Below, piece by piece: positions 16,035-28,840 of a stretch of DNA of 64,000 nt (the first letter of the stretch is position 1; every line of letters starts with the position of its first letter). Below the pieces are notes generated by a model. That model saw only the letters and a program-made list of their open reading frames with translations. It ran no database searches and was not told the origin of the DNA. The position numbers and the translations under genes are program-made. Origin of the DNA: Guillardia theta CCMP2712. Its lineage: Eukaryota; Protista; Cryptophyta. The stretch lies in the NCBI RefSeq assembly GCF_000315625.1, contig NW_005434621.1:97525-161524 (forward strand), in the 5' to 3' direction.

Positions 16035-17550
16035 ATGGCTTCCAAGTTGACAATCAGTGAACAATATGTTGAGTGGGAGATGGGAATGAACTCGGTGAAG
16101 GGTCCGAACGTAGATGATGTGAAATCGTCGGAAGAAGCGACAGGTAAGAGCGGACAGCAGGGCTACTTTACTGTTGTTGGTGACGTGCGGGAAGACTGGG
16201 CCGAGAGAAAAGCCTGGATGGGATGGAAGCAGGTGACTGATACTATGATGATTAGAGAGAATGGTTGAACAGATGAAAAGCAGAACGACGAGCAGAGAAT
16301 CAGAGGGCATGCAGCTGCGATTGTAACATGGTGAAGTGAGCTGCTGTCTCTGCTGACTTGCACAAGGTGCTGGATTGGTTGAGATACAATGCTGCTTCGT
16401 TCCCAAGTGATGCTCCTCATGCATTAGCATCCTACAAGTGCTGATCGCTTTTGCAGAGTCTCTGTTCGCCTTCACGTCGGAAGCTGTAAAGGCTTTTGCT
16501 GTGCCCTCCTCTCTCTTGACAAGTTCAGAAAGGCGCACATCCTTCCTGTCCCTCTCCCTTCTCAGTCCGTTCCCCTTGGTCCGAAGCTTCACCAGGTATG
16601 CTGGCTGGGCCTTGCCCGCGCTGACCAGGAGCCTTGCAGCTCGCCGAGGACACCTTGCATCGCGGAGCCCAAAGGGATGAGACCAGTATGGAGGACTTGT
16701 CGTCTCACCGTTATTTGCTCGACCAGTCGAGCACTGAAGCGCATGGATGGGAGCCCGTCACGAGCCAGCGATGGAGCTCCAAGTCTCCCCGCTGCTCCAG
16801 GAGGAGCCGGGCTTCGGACAACAGCCCCGCAGCCACATGGTCCAAGTCCAGGAGCACGAGAGCTGCCGGGTCGAGGGAGTGTGAGGAGCATGGAGATGAT
16901 CGCTACGAGAGGATGAGAGATTGGAACGTCACGGTGCAAATCTCTGGCAAGAGCCTCTTCCCCAGTCCCTCCTTGCTGCTGACGTACGGGCAGGTGCTTC
17001 ACACCAGAAGCGAGCTGGAGGCCGAGCTCACGTTTACTACGGTAGGGCTGAGGATTCCTTCCCCTTCTGACCCGACCAACATCCAGGTATCGACGTGACT
17101 GTACAATTCGGAGATGAGACGTCGGATTGCGTCAGCTACACCATTACGCGCAGATTCAGCAGTATGTCCCGTCCGAGCGTGCGAGCTGAGCTGAGCCCCC
17201 TGCAGGATTCTTGTTCCTTCACCTCCAGCTCCTCCGAGAGTTTCCCCAGCTACGCCTCCCGCACATCGAGGGAGGTCGAGATATGATCAGCTCCACTTGT
17301 CAGTTCTCACCTCACTGTGCAGGCGGATGGAACATCTTCCGCCATCAGCTGAGCGCGGACTTCATAGCGGAGCGGATGATTCACTTGCAGCACTACATGA
17401 GGTTGAGATACTCCCTTGTTGGCGAGCCCCCGCCTCATGCCATCCTGCAGCGAGCTCATAGCGCACGAGGAGGCGAGGTTGAGCGAGTCAGTCTTCGAGT
17501 TCCTCGAGCTCAACTCATGGCAAGTCCTCCTGGAGTTTAAGTTGCTGTAA
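16035..17550 (+). CDS. PX (Phox homology) domain protein, multi-exon
   Basis: C-terminal exons read YTITRRFS..FLFLHLQLLREFPQLRLPHI..ADFIAERMIHLQHYM..LSESVFEFLE, the PX pattern. 5' exons uncertain. Confidence 0.65.
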
Positions 17551-20500
17551 ATTCTCTGACTTTGCTCGTGAAGCTTCCAGGTGGTAGGAACCTTGTACGA
17601 GTAGTTCATTGAAATTCATTTCCTCATCTCTTGCTCGTGATTCGACAACATGGACTGGCCTCCCCTGGCCCTGAGCATGGTCTGTCCGTGGAGGAGCAAG
17701 AGACTTCTGCTGTTGCTGTCTGCAAGCCCGGTCAAATGCCGGATGAAGGACCTTTCTTGTCCTCACCTTGACAGTTCCTTTCGCTCCCGGGGAAGGCAGT
17801 TGCTGTTTCGCTAGAGGAGAAGTTAGAGGACGGAGCCTTTCGGACACTGGCAGCACTTACTCTTGAAAAACTTGGCAAGTGCCTGTACCAGTCAGCCAGA
17901 GTTAGCAAGGAGGGAAGGGTGAGAAAGGTGGAGGACCTGGTAGCAGGGGCCGAAGCTCGTGGGAGAATCAGCAGTGAGCTTATCGCGAATCCAGGAAGTG
18001 ATCTGGACTCGGAATCAGGACCCCAGATGTTTCGAGGGTGTCTACCTTGCATCTGACGTTGGAGCCCTCGTAGCGCGAATCTACAAGCAGAATGGCAGCG
18101 TAGTCGGCGATGTGGCGGATCGCTCGTCCGATGCACTAACAGCAATTGAGAAGGAGCGAGTATCTCAACTTCACCCTGACCTGATTGACTGCCTTCATGC
18201 ACATATTCTGATAGTACGCCTGTCCAGCCTTGGCCCCCGTCAGTGTCGGAGAGGATTTGGAATCCTCGCCCTGGGAGAAATAAGAACAAAGGACTCGAGC
18301 GCATTGGAACGACCACAAGTTCTGTCACTGGCGGCAGACTCTCGACATACTTGATCTTCTCCAGCAGCCGTGGGTCTCCCCTGCCAAAATGATAAGACAG
18401 CTGTGTGGGAAGTGAATGTTAAGTGGAGTTGCTGAAAGAGCAGTGAGATGGACCAGAGGAGGAAAAGAGGAAGAGAAGATAAAGAGGGAGGAAGGAGGAG
18501 GTTGGCACGGCCACAAACCTGTTTGCAAACGGCAACCCTACCACAATGACACATCGGCCAAGCTCGTCACTGTCGTAATCATAAATCAAATCATCGCAAT
18601 CCAGGGCAAGCTCGTTGACTACCTGAAGTTGATCCCTTCGCTTAACTTTCCTCCGACTACACATAGTAGGATTGCTCCTGTCACTGGAAACCGATCGGTC
18701 ACCCTGTTCAATATCCGAGTATCAACCATACATGACGAATCCTTCGGGCTAGTATTCTCGGTGCCTTGGGTTCGAATGCACTCCTCGTATTGTCTGAGGA
18801 CAGCTTCTACCTCTCCACTCGACCTGGGCTCACGAAAAATCTTTTTCTTCTTCGCGATCTTATCCACCAACCCCTCCGTGGTCCAGTACGTCCAAAGCTG
18901 CAAGCAAGGGTGAGCAGAGATCACTTCACAACATGACGCAAACCTCTTCCTCGTAACTGTAAGATGGAAGGAAAACCACGATTCCATCTGGAGTCAACCC
19001 ACAAATGTTGACGATCAGTCTTCCAATCTCTGATTTTTGCGTTGGATCTGATCTTGTTCCGTGGCGAAAGTCAAACTTGAGGCCCGTCGGTCCAGTGGAT
19101 ACTGTGAGCGGCAAGATGTTCTCTTTGGGGATGACATGCCCGACTGATAGCGTGCGGAAACGTGAAGGCTGAATGGATGGCATGAGCTGTTGAACATACT
19201 CCGCCATTGGCTGCATGGTGCCTCCAGCGAGCACGACCGAATGAGCCTGCTGCAAGATCTCCTTGAAGTGAGTCGATGCATTCAGCAGCTGGTACGACAG
19301 ACTCAGTTTGCCCGTCGCTTCATCTTTGTACAGTGTTATCTTTCCATCCTCCTCGAGTTGGGTCAGGCAATAAAAAGGATTGAAGAGGCTGGACGATTGA
19401 AATTTGAGAATCACCAAGCTCATCTTCGCCATCAAATCCAGCCTTCTCATGATATTCGGCCAGCCGCTTTTCATAGAATCCATGCAGTTTCTGCAATATT
19501 TTTGACTTGTCGAAATATCGCAGCAACTGGAAAAAATTTACATTATCGATGCCTGCCATGATACAAAATTCTGCAACTGATACAGTTTTGCCAACCACTG
19601 GCTTCCCCTCCCCCGAAGTTTTCTTCAACGATCCTTTCTCAGATCCTTTTGACTCACTGTCGATCATATACTGATCCAATTTCTTCAGAACCAATATGAT
19701 CAGCCTCACATTCTCTGCGTTCTTTGCCGACAAACGTGTGCAGAATCTCTCCAAGTAGTCTGAGAACAGCGACTTGAGGAGTGTGATGGCGGAGTAGGAC
19801 AACGTCGAGCTGTGCGTAGTCGTTACTGCCTCGATCAAATTGTGAGCTTCATCGATTATTACAACATTCCCTTCCAGTTTCAACCCCAGCGCTTCTCTAG
19901 TCGCCTTATGAACCAACGAAGTATAAGGGATCGTCACCAGCTCAGCTGCTCGGATTGCTGCCCTAGATGCGTAGTAAGGACAGCATTGCACTTTCTTGCC
20001 ATTTTCTACGATGTCCTCGATGTCTTGAACTCTTGCCAAGATCATGTCACGCAGATCTAGCTGACGATCCTGGTCATAAAATGGACAGTTTGATTTCTTC
20101 TTCTTCGCTTTCAATGCAGACGGAGCATCCTCAATGTTTGACTCTGTATCCTCGACGCCTTTCTGTAAATCCAGGCAAGCTGCATTGATCCTTGTGCTTG
20201 ACTTCAAACTAGATACCTTCGGGTTTATGCACATTCCTTTCCGAGATGCTAGCGAAACAGCTTTCAAGTCCTTACCCCATTGAGTTCTTTTGACCTCATT
20301 CATAAATTGCGACAGCTGCGAGTGTGTCCTACTGCAGTAGATGACCTTCCTGACGTCGTATTCATCTTCCAGCCGATCCTCATTCTCCGGTTTTTGAAAA
20401 AGCGAATCCAGGGCCGATCGAAGTATCTTCTGATCATCGTTTTCTTCATCTGAGAGCAGCAACTTGACATCATCCTTGTTATGATCGTTTGCCTTTGAGC

Positions 20501-21029
20501 TGTCCCCTGAACCACCACTTGATCTCTTGGAATGAAATGTAGGTTTCGATGCTTTGTGGTCTTTGGATCGATGCATAGATCTTTCTCTTGCGTCATCAGC
20601 CATGCGCTTTCTGGCTGTGTCTAGCCGATCCTTCTCCATACTGATCGCCATATCTCTCTCTTGCTTTTCTCTCTTCCGTGTGTGTTCGAGTACCCAATCT
20701 GGGACGTCGTCATCTTTCAAGCCCATGTGTGTCGTGTCTTCCTTAACGTAGACAGGATTCTCTTTCAGCCACCTCAAGCTGCTGCAAATGAGACTCATTG
20801 ACTTTCCTGTTCCAGTGGGGCTCTCGAAGATCCCGACTGCGCCGTCACATAGGGCCCCGTACACGGCTGTCATAAGTTGCACCTGGGCAACAACGACTGA
20901 GAAACACATAAATACACCAACAGCTCAGACCTGGACAGTGTACGGAGAGAATGGAAACTTGAATTCTTCGATTCCCTATGGCGCCACCAGGATCAGCAAT
21001 TTGAAAGGGGCATCTGCCATATTCACCAT
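17515..21029 (-). CDS. DDX11: DDX11/Chl1 Fe-S DNA helicase (XPD family); 3' end approximate; apparent frameshift near 19372
   Basis: FPFSPYTVQ Q-motif, ESPTGTGKS, YCSRTHSQLSQF, Fe-S cysteines, CPYYASR, IIDEAHN, LAGGTMQP, GIVVFLPSY, VVGGKLSEGINF, VVGLPFAN, MKAVNQ. Confidence 0.93.
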
Positions 21030-22137
21030 CTTGAAGTTATCACAAGGGTTCGCCTTGAATCTTAGCTAGTGAAAGATTCTCATTCCTTCAGGTCTGCGAC
21101 AAGTGATTCAGATGCTAAGGACCATCGGTGAATAGGTCAAATCGACCATTCAGTCGGGTGCAGGTAAAAATTAGGCATCCGATCATCAAAGACAAGGTTT
21201 TGATGAGATCATGAGATATGGAGAGGAAAGAGGAGGGGATTAGAATTGAGGGAAACAGGCAGGAAGAAACAATGCAACCGCCCGCTCTCTCCTGTCCTCC
21301 CTCCTCCCTCCTCCCTCCCCTCCCCCTCCTCTCCGTCTCTCTCGGGTATCTGGCCCTCTGGCTCCTCCCTCCTCCCTCTCCCTCTCCCTCCCCCTCTCCC
21401 TCCCCCTCTCCCTCTCCCTCTCCCCTCTCCCTTTCCCATACCTCAATCGCCTGCGTCCATGCATTTCTGTTTTCCCGCCAGGTACACTAAAATTTCCCGC
21501 CAAACTCCTAAAATGGGGTGGGGTATGCAGAAAGCCTTCAAGTACCCTGTGATTCAAGCAATTTTTGGTCATATGGATAGGGTGGGGGTGTAAAATGATT
21601 ATGCAACAACGGGGGTGGGTGATGACGATCTTCCGAAGAATCTGTAACGGAAAGCAACATTCCGTTGCATGGGGTAGGAAGCAATCTAGGACCCCCCCCT
21701 TTTAGAACTTTTCATGTTTCACCACCCGTAGACATCTAATACGCTACCCCCCTTTGTGACTATTCTTCATATGATTGTGTACCCGTCCCGTTCGTATCAT
21801 AACTACCACCCACCCTGGATTCACCGCCACAACAACCCTACCGTACCATGAGCCTGCCTTACTGTGATTTTTTTCCTTTTTGCGCCAAATGCCCTTCCAA
21901 TGTTTTGCTCGCAGTTCTCCTTCTCACACTCTCTCTCTCCTCCTCACCTCCTCCTCCATTGAACTTCTCATGTACATGTATGACTATGACTCCTCCTCTC
22001 CCATCCTCCTCTCCCCTCCTCCGTTCCCTCCTGTCCTCGTTCCCTTCATTCACTTGTGACCTCGTTTCCCAGCTGCTCTCCTTTACTAATGCTGTGTACA
22101 TCACATATCCTGCCCTTGTGTCTGATATCAGAATCTT

Positions 22138-22213
22138 TCATCATCATCATCATCACCACCACCACCACCACCACCACCACCACCACCACCACCACCACCA
22201 CCACCACCACCAT
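22138..22213 (+). repeat. (CAT/CAC)n microsatellite
   Basis: Direct inspection. Confidence 0.9.
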
Positions 22214-22325
22214 CTCCATCCACTGACATTGACAGCGAATCAAAATTGCATGTTCTTTAGCACTGAAATTTGCTAGGAACCGATTTAATCATCGTGAAAT
22301 TTCAATATTCTATTCATCTTTTGTT

Positions 22326-24492
22326 ATGGTAACCCTTTAAACAGGCTGCTGGGACCAACCTCTACAGGCTTTTCATGCAATGAGTGGTCCCAAACACACT
22401 AAGTGAGCTGTGGCAGGCCTGGATCTTGTTGTTCATGTATGTTTGACTTTATCTCAGGACTGGAAGAGGTACTGCGATCATTCGGAACAAGAAGAGCCCA
22501 ACCAAGTGCATCACAGTGGAATCGAGGAATGGACAGACCAGAGACGTGACAGTGCCGAAAACACGGAATGATGTGCCGAAATCCGAGAGAGAGTCAGCAT
22601 TAATGTCCCTCCTTGCAGGGTTCTCCCCGCCGAATTCGGTGATTTTTCTATCTTCCTTTATCCGCCAGACTTAACCTACCGAACGACTGTGTAAGGATGT
22701 GCCTGAAGGTCTGATTGTTCCTTTGGTGCAGGGAGGAATGCAGGGAAAGCTGGTCCGGGGCACAAGCAGAAGTCGAGCGCTCGTGGATGCTGCCACCAAG
22801 GACCCGGGATCGTTGAGCTTGAAGAAAGCTGCGATCACGAGCAGCCCGACAAGTCAAAGAACTCCTGTGAGCGATGGTAGTCGAGCGCACCATGGAATGC
22901 CTGATCTTTGTGCAGTTGACGGCGATCAAAGCTCAAAATCAGATTGTGGACCGCCAGGCATCAGAACCATCGTTCCCCGGGTCCAGCCCGTCAAGGTCTG
23001 CTGTGAAGGGATCGACCTTGCTACAGGTCTGTTCCTTCCTGCTCGTCCGGAAACTTGAGGTTTTCCCTGAAGATGGGTTGCAGAGGGGGCCAGACCCGGC
23101 GTCTAGGTTCAGATCGTCGCTGGGGTTCGATGAGAGGCCGAGGTCAAAGCTCAGGATGTGTAGAGAGGCAGCTGGTCCCGGCGCTTCCGAGGGGACGCAA
23201 CCCGCACGTGAGAAGCGGAAGGCGCTCAAGTTCTCGGATCCACCTCGAGACAGCAAGGCGCAAAAGTGCGACACGATCGACTTGACGTTGGACTCAGAGG
23301 GCGAGGGGGATGAAGCGGAGGAAGACCTAGTCACCGAGACGGCACCCAGCCTCGATGATCTTATCCTCATCACTGGGTCGAGCTCCACGGGAACATCAGA
23401 TACTCTTGTAGATCGAGGCTGCCTGACGAGGAAGGAGCTCGAAGGTGAGTGATATTCTGTGCTGTACCACTGTCCTGGGCTGATCCTGTCCTACTCAGCT
23501 CTCCAGTCAGCTGAGCAGGAGATGACTTGCGATTTCCTGGACAGCATCTGGGTCGGACGAGACACCTTCATCCGAGAAGCTTGCAGATCCAACAAAACGA
23601 GTAGCAGGAAATTATCCAAAGGGAGCCAGAGGGTCTCCACGATCTCAGTGGAAGGGATGGGAAATTTTGCCATCACGGCCAAGGAGCTTAAGTGTCTGCT
23701 GGACAATTCCTGGTTGAACGACGAGATCATCAACTCCTACATGGCTCTGCTGCGCCTTAGGTCGAAGATCCATGAAGGGCTGAACGACACGTCCTTCCCT
23801 CGATGCGAGTTCTTCAGCAGCTTCTTCTACGCCATCCTGCGTAACGCCAAGGTTCGGTGGAGGGCCCTTATCGAGCAGCGCTGACTGCCATCCAGGGCGG
23901 ATACTCTTACAAGAATGTGGAGAGGTGGGGGCGGAGGAAGAACTTTCTAGAGTGCGACCACATCTTGTTTCCCATCAATGTTTCGAACATGCACTGGTGC
24001 CTCGCCGTGGTTTCCCCGAGGGACCTCAAGATTGAGTGAGAGGCTGATGGCGAGAAGTCTGGCGTGCGACTGAGGGGAGCTGGCAGGTACTACGACTCCA
24101 TGGGAGGAGAGAACAAGACCTGTGTTGACCTTCTTGAGAGTAAGAGGAGGAGGAGGAGGAGGAGGAGGAGGAGGAGGGGTTGAAGGTCAGCGGTGACTTG
24201 GCTGTCAGGGTACATGCAGGATGAAGGAGCATATCGCAAAATAGAGCATTTTCAAAGTTCCTGGAACAAGTTCTTTCGAGGCCCTCCCGATGTCAGCCTT
24301 GCTCTGTGCCCCGCTCTCCTCTCACCCGATGACCAGGTGCCGGAACAGAAGGATGGGTCAGGATGTGGAGTGTTTGCATGCGCGTTCGCTGACTGCATCA
24401 GCGCTGGCAAGGACGTGAAAAGTTTCGAACAGAACAACGTCTCGAGCATCAGGAGATGTATGTCGTCGCTGATCCAGTCCTGTGACATGTAG
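22326..24492 (+). CDS. Ulp1/SENP-family SUMO protease (peptidase C48); start uncertain
   Basis: WLNDEIINSYM, FFSSFFY, FPINVSNMHWCLAV, YYDS, and PEQKDGSGCGVFAC carrying the catalytic His-Asp-Cys triad. Confidence 0.88.
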
Positions 24493-24557
24493 CAGTATTC
24501 CCCCTCGTCTTTCTCCCCTTCGACCTCTTCCTTCCTCCTCTCCTCCTTGGTCACAGC

Positions 24558-26756
24558 TTATTGTTTAGTCTCCCCCATCTCCCCTCAGTTTCCTTCGATT
24601 TTCGTTTCCTTTCATTGAACTGCTTAGTTGATAGACATAAACCTCCTCCCCCCGCCCTCCACCTTCCTCCTGCTCTTCACAGAGCTCCTTCATGGGCAGA
24701 GAGAGGCACTTGGTCAAGGACAGTGACGGAGACGGCCGTCTCCTCCTTGTATCCTGACAGCGGCAGCCGGAAGGAAGCAGTAGTGCCGTACTTGGAGTAG
24801 GGAGGAGAAGTTCTTGACGATATCCTAGGAGGAGGTGAGAGAGTGCAACGCCGAGAACATCTGTCTCACCTCCTCGCGGGCGCGAAGCAGCAGAAGTAGA
24901 TCGAGCAGATCCTGCATGGCGTTAGGGAGCTGAGAGCAGGCGTGGAGGATACTCACAGGAGAAAGAAACAGATGAAGAGCAGCATAGGGAGCAGCCATGA
25001 GTTGATAGCAGCCACGAACTCCCTCCAGAAATTGCTCCTCCTACGACTAGAAGTCAGAGCGCTACTTACTAGTTGTCACCTATCCCACCTGCTGTTATCT
25101 CCTGGTATCGCCCCCAGCGCCCTCTGCGCATCCCTCCCACTTGCAATGGTGGAGTTGACAAACGCGTTGAACACAGCGTCCCAGTCCGTCTCGCACTCCC
25201 CTTGCTCCCCTAGTCCGCATCCTCGCCTCACCTTCCTCGCCTCGCACGTCAAGCTGCTGCATGCTGCACAGACGCTGTCCGTGGTGGTTGTGCACTCGCC
25301 TCTGGCATACTCCTCCCTCCCACACGCCCTGCATGGAGAACACTCTGTGCGGTAGGCCGAGTTAGAAGCAAATGAACCGCTCGGGCAAGGGACGCATTCC
25401 CCCGCTTCACTTCCTCCGCATCCCCTTCTGTACATCCCTGGGTTGCACGAAGCGCAAGCAGTACATATCCTGCTGACCAGCTGCGAGCACGTCTGCAAGG
25501 CGTACTGGCCAGTAGGACATGGCGAGCAATCTGTGCCGGAGGTGCCGGAGGGACTGGAGGACGTCTGTGCGTTCCCTCCTGGGCCTGACTGCGTGCTCTG
25601 CTGAGGCCCCGAAGATCCACTCTGCCCCCCCCCACCACCACCCGCATTTCTGCCATCGTGACCGTCGGCAATGGCGATGAGACCTGATCCGGGGTTGAAG
25701 CACCTGCAGGCGAGAGTCAACTCCTCCTCCTGGCCGCATCACTGTACAAACCAGGTCGTCGATCCTTTCACTGTGCTGGATTGGCCGACCTGTCAAGGAA
25801 TATCACCAAGGTGACAGCAGGAGACCGAAGATGGTACCAAGGCGATCCATAGGGGGGGCGGAGTCTGCCATGGAGAAACAGGGCTGGGAGGAGTCGCTGG
25901 CTCCATGGCAAGCGATTGAGTCACCGTCACTTGACCCGACTGACGCCAAGGCCGAGGGGTCAGCGGAGGCGGGAAGCAGCGAGGAGGCAACAGACCTGGT
26001 CCGCCAGAGTCTCTACGGTCGTTGGGATGCCGGAGGCATCAGCAGGAAGGAGCTGTCCAGCAGGTTTCGCTGCGTAACAATCGGCCTTGACAAGACCAGG
26101 GACCAGGAACACGACCTGACGCATGTCAACGCCCCCCCCACCAAGCAAGACGGATCACCGCACCTTGACTGAAGTGTAGGTGGGGCAGTACGAGAAGGAG
26201 CAGGAGGGCAGCGCGATGGCCGACATGAAGGTTCCGTCTTTCATGCCGTGCACGCCGAATTCCAAGGTGTATGAGATCTTGATGTTCAAATCCCTGATCG
26301 CTACTACGTCTTCAGGCCAAGCATCGATGGCCAGCCTGCAAACGGACAGCCCAGGGTTGTCGTTGCTGCTCAAGACTTCTTGCGTATGAGGAACCTGGAG
26401 CACGCAAGGTCAAACCCATAAAGCAGGAGGGATGGCAGACATACTGCAGCTTCGTTGACGACGACCTTGACGTTGGAGATCGCGCACTGGAAGAAAACAT
26501 CGCGGTACATCCGTCTCACTGCAAACTCTCGTCGCACAGTCGACTCCTCCACCACATGCTGCATGTTATGTCCATCCAAAGTCACCGAAGCTGACCACTC
26601 CATAGCCCTTGCTGCCAGCTCCGAGCCCTTTGAAGCATCGTTGATCAGCATCTCTAGGACAAGGCTGTGATGTAGCGTATCATAGGTCCCCGCTGACAGG
26701 ATCTCTGCAGAATGGAGTACCAGTGTCACGAGCAGCAAGCTCCTCACGTCCTTCAT
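24558..26756 (-). CDS. Signal-peptide membrane protein with TNFR/NGFR-like Cys-rich repeats; 3' end approximate
   Basis: MKDVRSLLLVTLVLHSA leader; CSPCPTGQY...CTACASC, CVPCPSGSF...CSPCRACG...ECTTTTDSVC; hydrophobic segment near 24960-25020. Confidence 0.65.
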
Positions 26757-28840
26757 CTTCAAATCACGCCGCTGAAACTCCCTTAGCCAAGACACACTGA
26801 TGAAAAGATTCGGGTATTGTCAAACCATCACCGGAGGTAGGATGTCTGGAGCAAGAGCCTCAGTCAGCTTGTCTGTGGCTGTCCTCCGAGCAGCCGCCCC
26901 TCTACCTGCTTTCCGACTTCACCGCCCTCCCCCCGATATAGAAACATGGCCGGTTGACTAGCGGAGCCGCAGAACCGAGTGAGTCGGGCCAGCCCTTACT
27001 GACTGAGTCACGAGTCAACTCAGTCCGGCCGCGATCCCGGTCCGCTGAGGCTCACAGCCCGGCGGGCTCGGACCGTGGCCCAGATCATCCGGGAGCCAGA
27101 TCCAGGAGCCCCCACCGGCTGGTGAGCCCCAGCCTCTGTGACTCGCAGGTGCCCGTCCGGTCGCCACCGCACTGACACTGCCGACCGCCCGGGGCGGCCG
27201 GCCCGGCGGCCGTGACACCGACGGTCGCCGCCGTGACTCGGCGAATGATCGCTGGCATCCCGGGCGCGCTTGGGACAGCAGTCGGCAGGATGATGTCTGC
27301 TGAGTACCGGGGTTGGTTCAACGTCACATTTTTTAACGAGTCTCGCACCGCGGCCGGCGAGCGTGACCGTCTCCCGGCCGGCACTGGGCCATGCCGGGCC
27401 CGGCCGCACTCAGTGATACTCAGGCATTATGCTCTTTTCAAGGGATAAGAACCCCTACTCGTGACTGGCCTCAGTTTACTACCGGGTGACCGGGGCCGCG
27501 GGAGCTCAGTGATCGGGGAGAAAAAAACCTCTTCAAGTCAGGCTGTCGAACCTTTTCAACCGTGCCCTACCCACCGGGCCCCATTGATCTAAGTTTGTGG
27601 GAGGACAACGGGGTCCTGAAGGCAACTTGCTATTCCCCCGGCATCTTTTTCTTACGGGAGAGGCCCGGCGAGTTTGACTGTCAGTACCCCACCCCCCTCT
27701 GAACGAGGCTGCCAGTACCCGATACAGTACCCCCTGACCCCCCAGTGTGATTCAATGATTGAACGCCCCCTTCAACCAGGGGTCATCGCAACTTTACTGT
27801 TCAATGGGGACCGCGCGACCGGCCTGTACAGTACCATGGCACTGGATGGTGAAGATTTCCTCTTACCCTCCCCCTGAAATATCGCAGAGGGCCTTCGCTT
27901 CCCATCATGTTCCCGCAGGCATCTTTGGGCCTTCCACCTTCCAGGACCCCCTTTGGAACCGCGGCCCTCTTGCGTCCCTTTGCCGGTAGTAACGACTCCC
28001 CACCCTCAGGCCCTACCAGGTACGGGTTCCACAGGTCACCGTAGTACCCCAATGATTCCTGGCAATTATTGGCAGTACCCCCACCTTTGTATAGATAGAC
28101 CCAGGCCTTACTACCCGTGGAATTGAGTTGCACAGACAACCCCACCCCCATGGACCATGGGACCCTCCCTAAGTCTTGGGACTAGTGGAGGCAGCTGCGA
28201 CTGGTCGCTGCAAGGGACCGGCGGGCCTACTAAGGTATAGTCAAGGAAGTTACGCCCGTAAGACCCATTGGCATGCTCCTCGCCGTCCTCGCCCTCGCAG
28301 TATCGCTTCTGCTTGCAGATGCTTCTTGTCCTGAGTCCTCTCAACAAATAGCAAGATTCCTGCTCGATAAGACTAAGTTTTCACCCATATTCGCGTCCTT
28401 CTGATCGGTCGAACTGCTGCATCTTCCTCAAGAGTGTATCTTTGACGATTCATGTGCCGTATCTCCTTTTTCATTGCTTTAAAAGGCCCTTGCGGTATCA
28501 TTAGAAGGTCTCAGCATATAGGTCGCTGAAACTTCATTCATCACGGCTTAGAACAACAATTACTTGCATGGTTTACATGCAATATCACGCTTGTTTGCAT
28601 GTCCATGCCAATCCATGGGTGTGACAATCAAAGTTTTGTCTCTCTCTTGATTATCATTTATTTGCCAATCGTTGTACATAGTCGCACATGGCAAGACAGA
28701 TCTCTTCCTCCATATCAACTTTAGAGTTCTTAGATAGCCTGTCACCAGCATGCGCCTTGTGATCAAATACTCTCTTCTTCCTCTCTTCTCTCTGTTGTCA
28801 TACTCGAGCTAATAACATGTCCTTTTGCAGCAGCTGAAGC

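Noticed and set aside
27674-28347. Short minus-strand ORFs as a transposon or viral remnant
   Set aside because: No RT, integrase or transposase motifs; composition matches the ACCCC-rich intergenic blocks.
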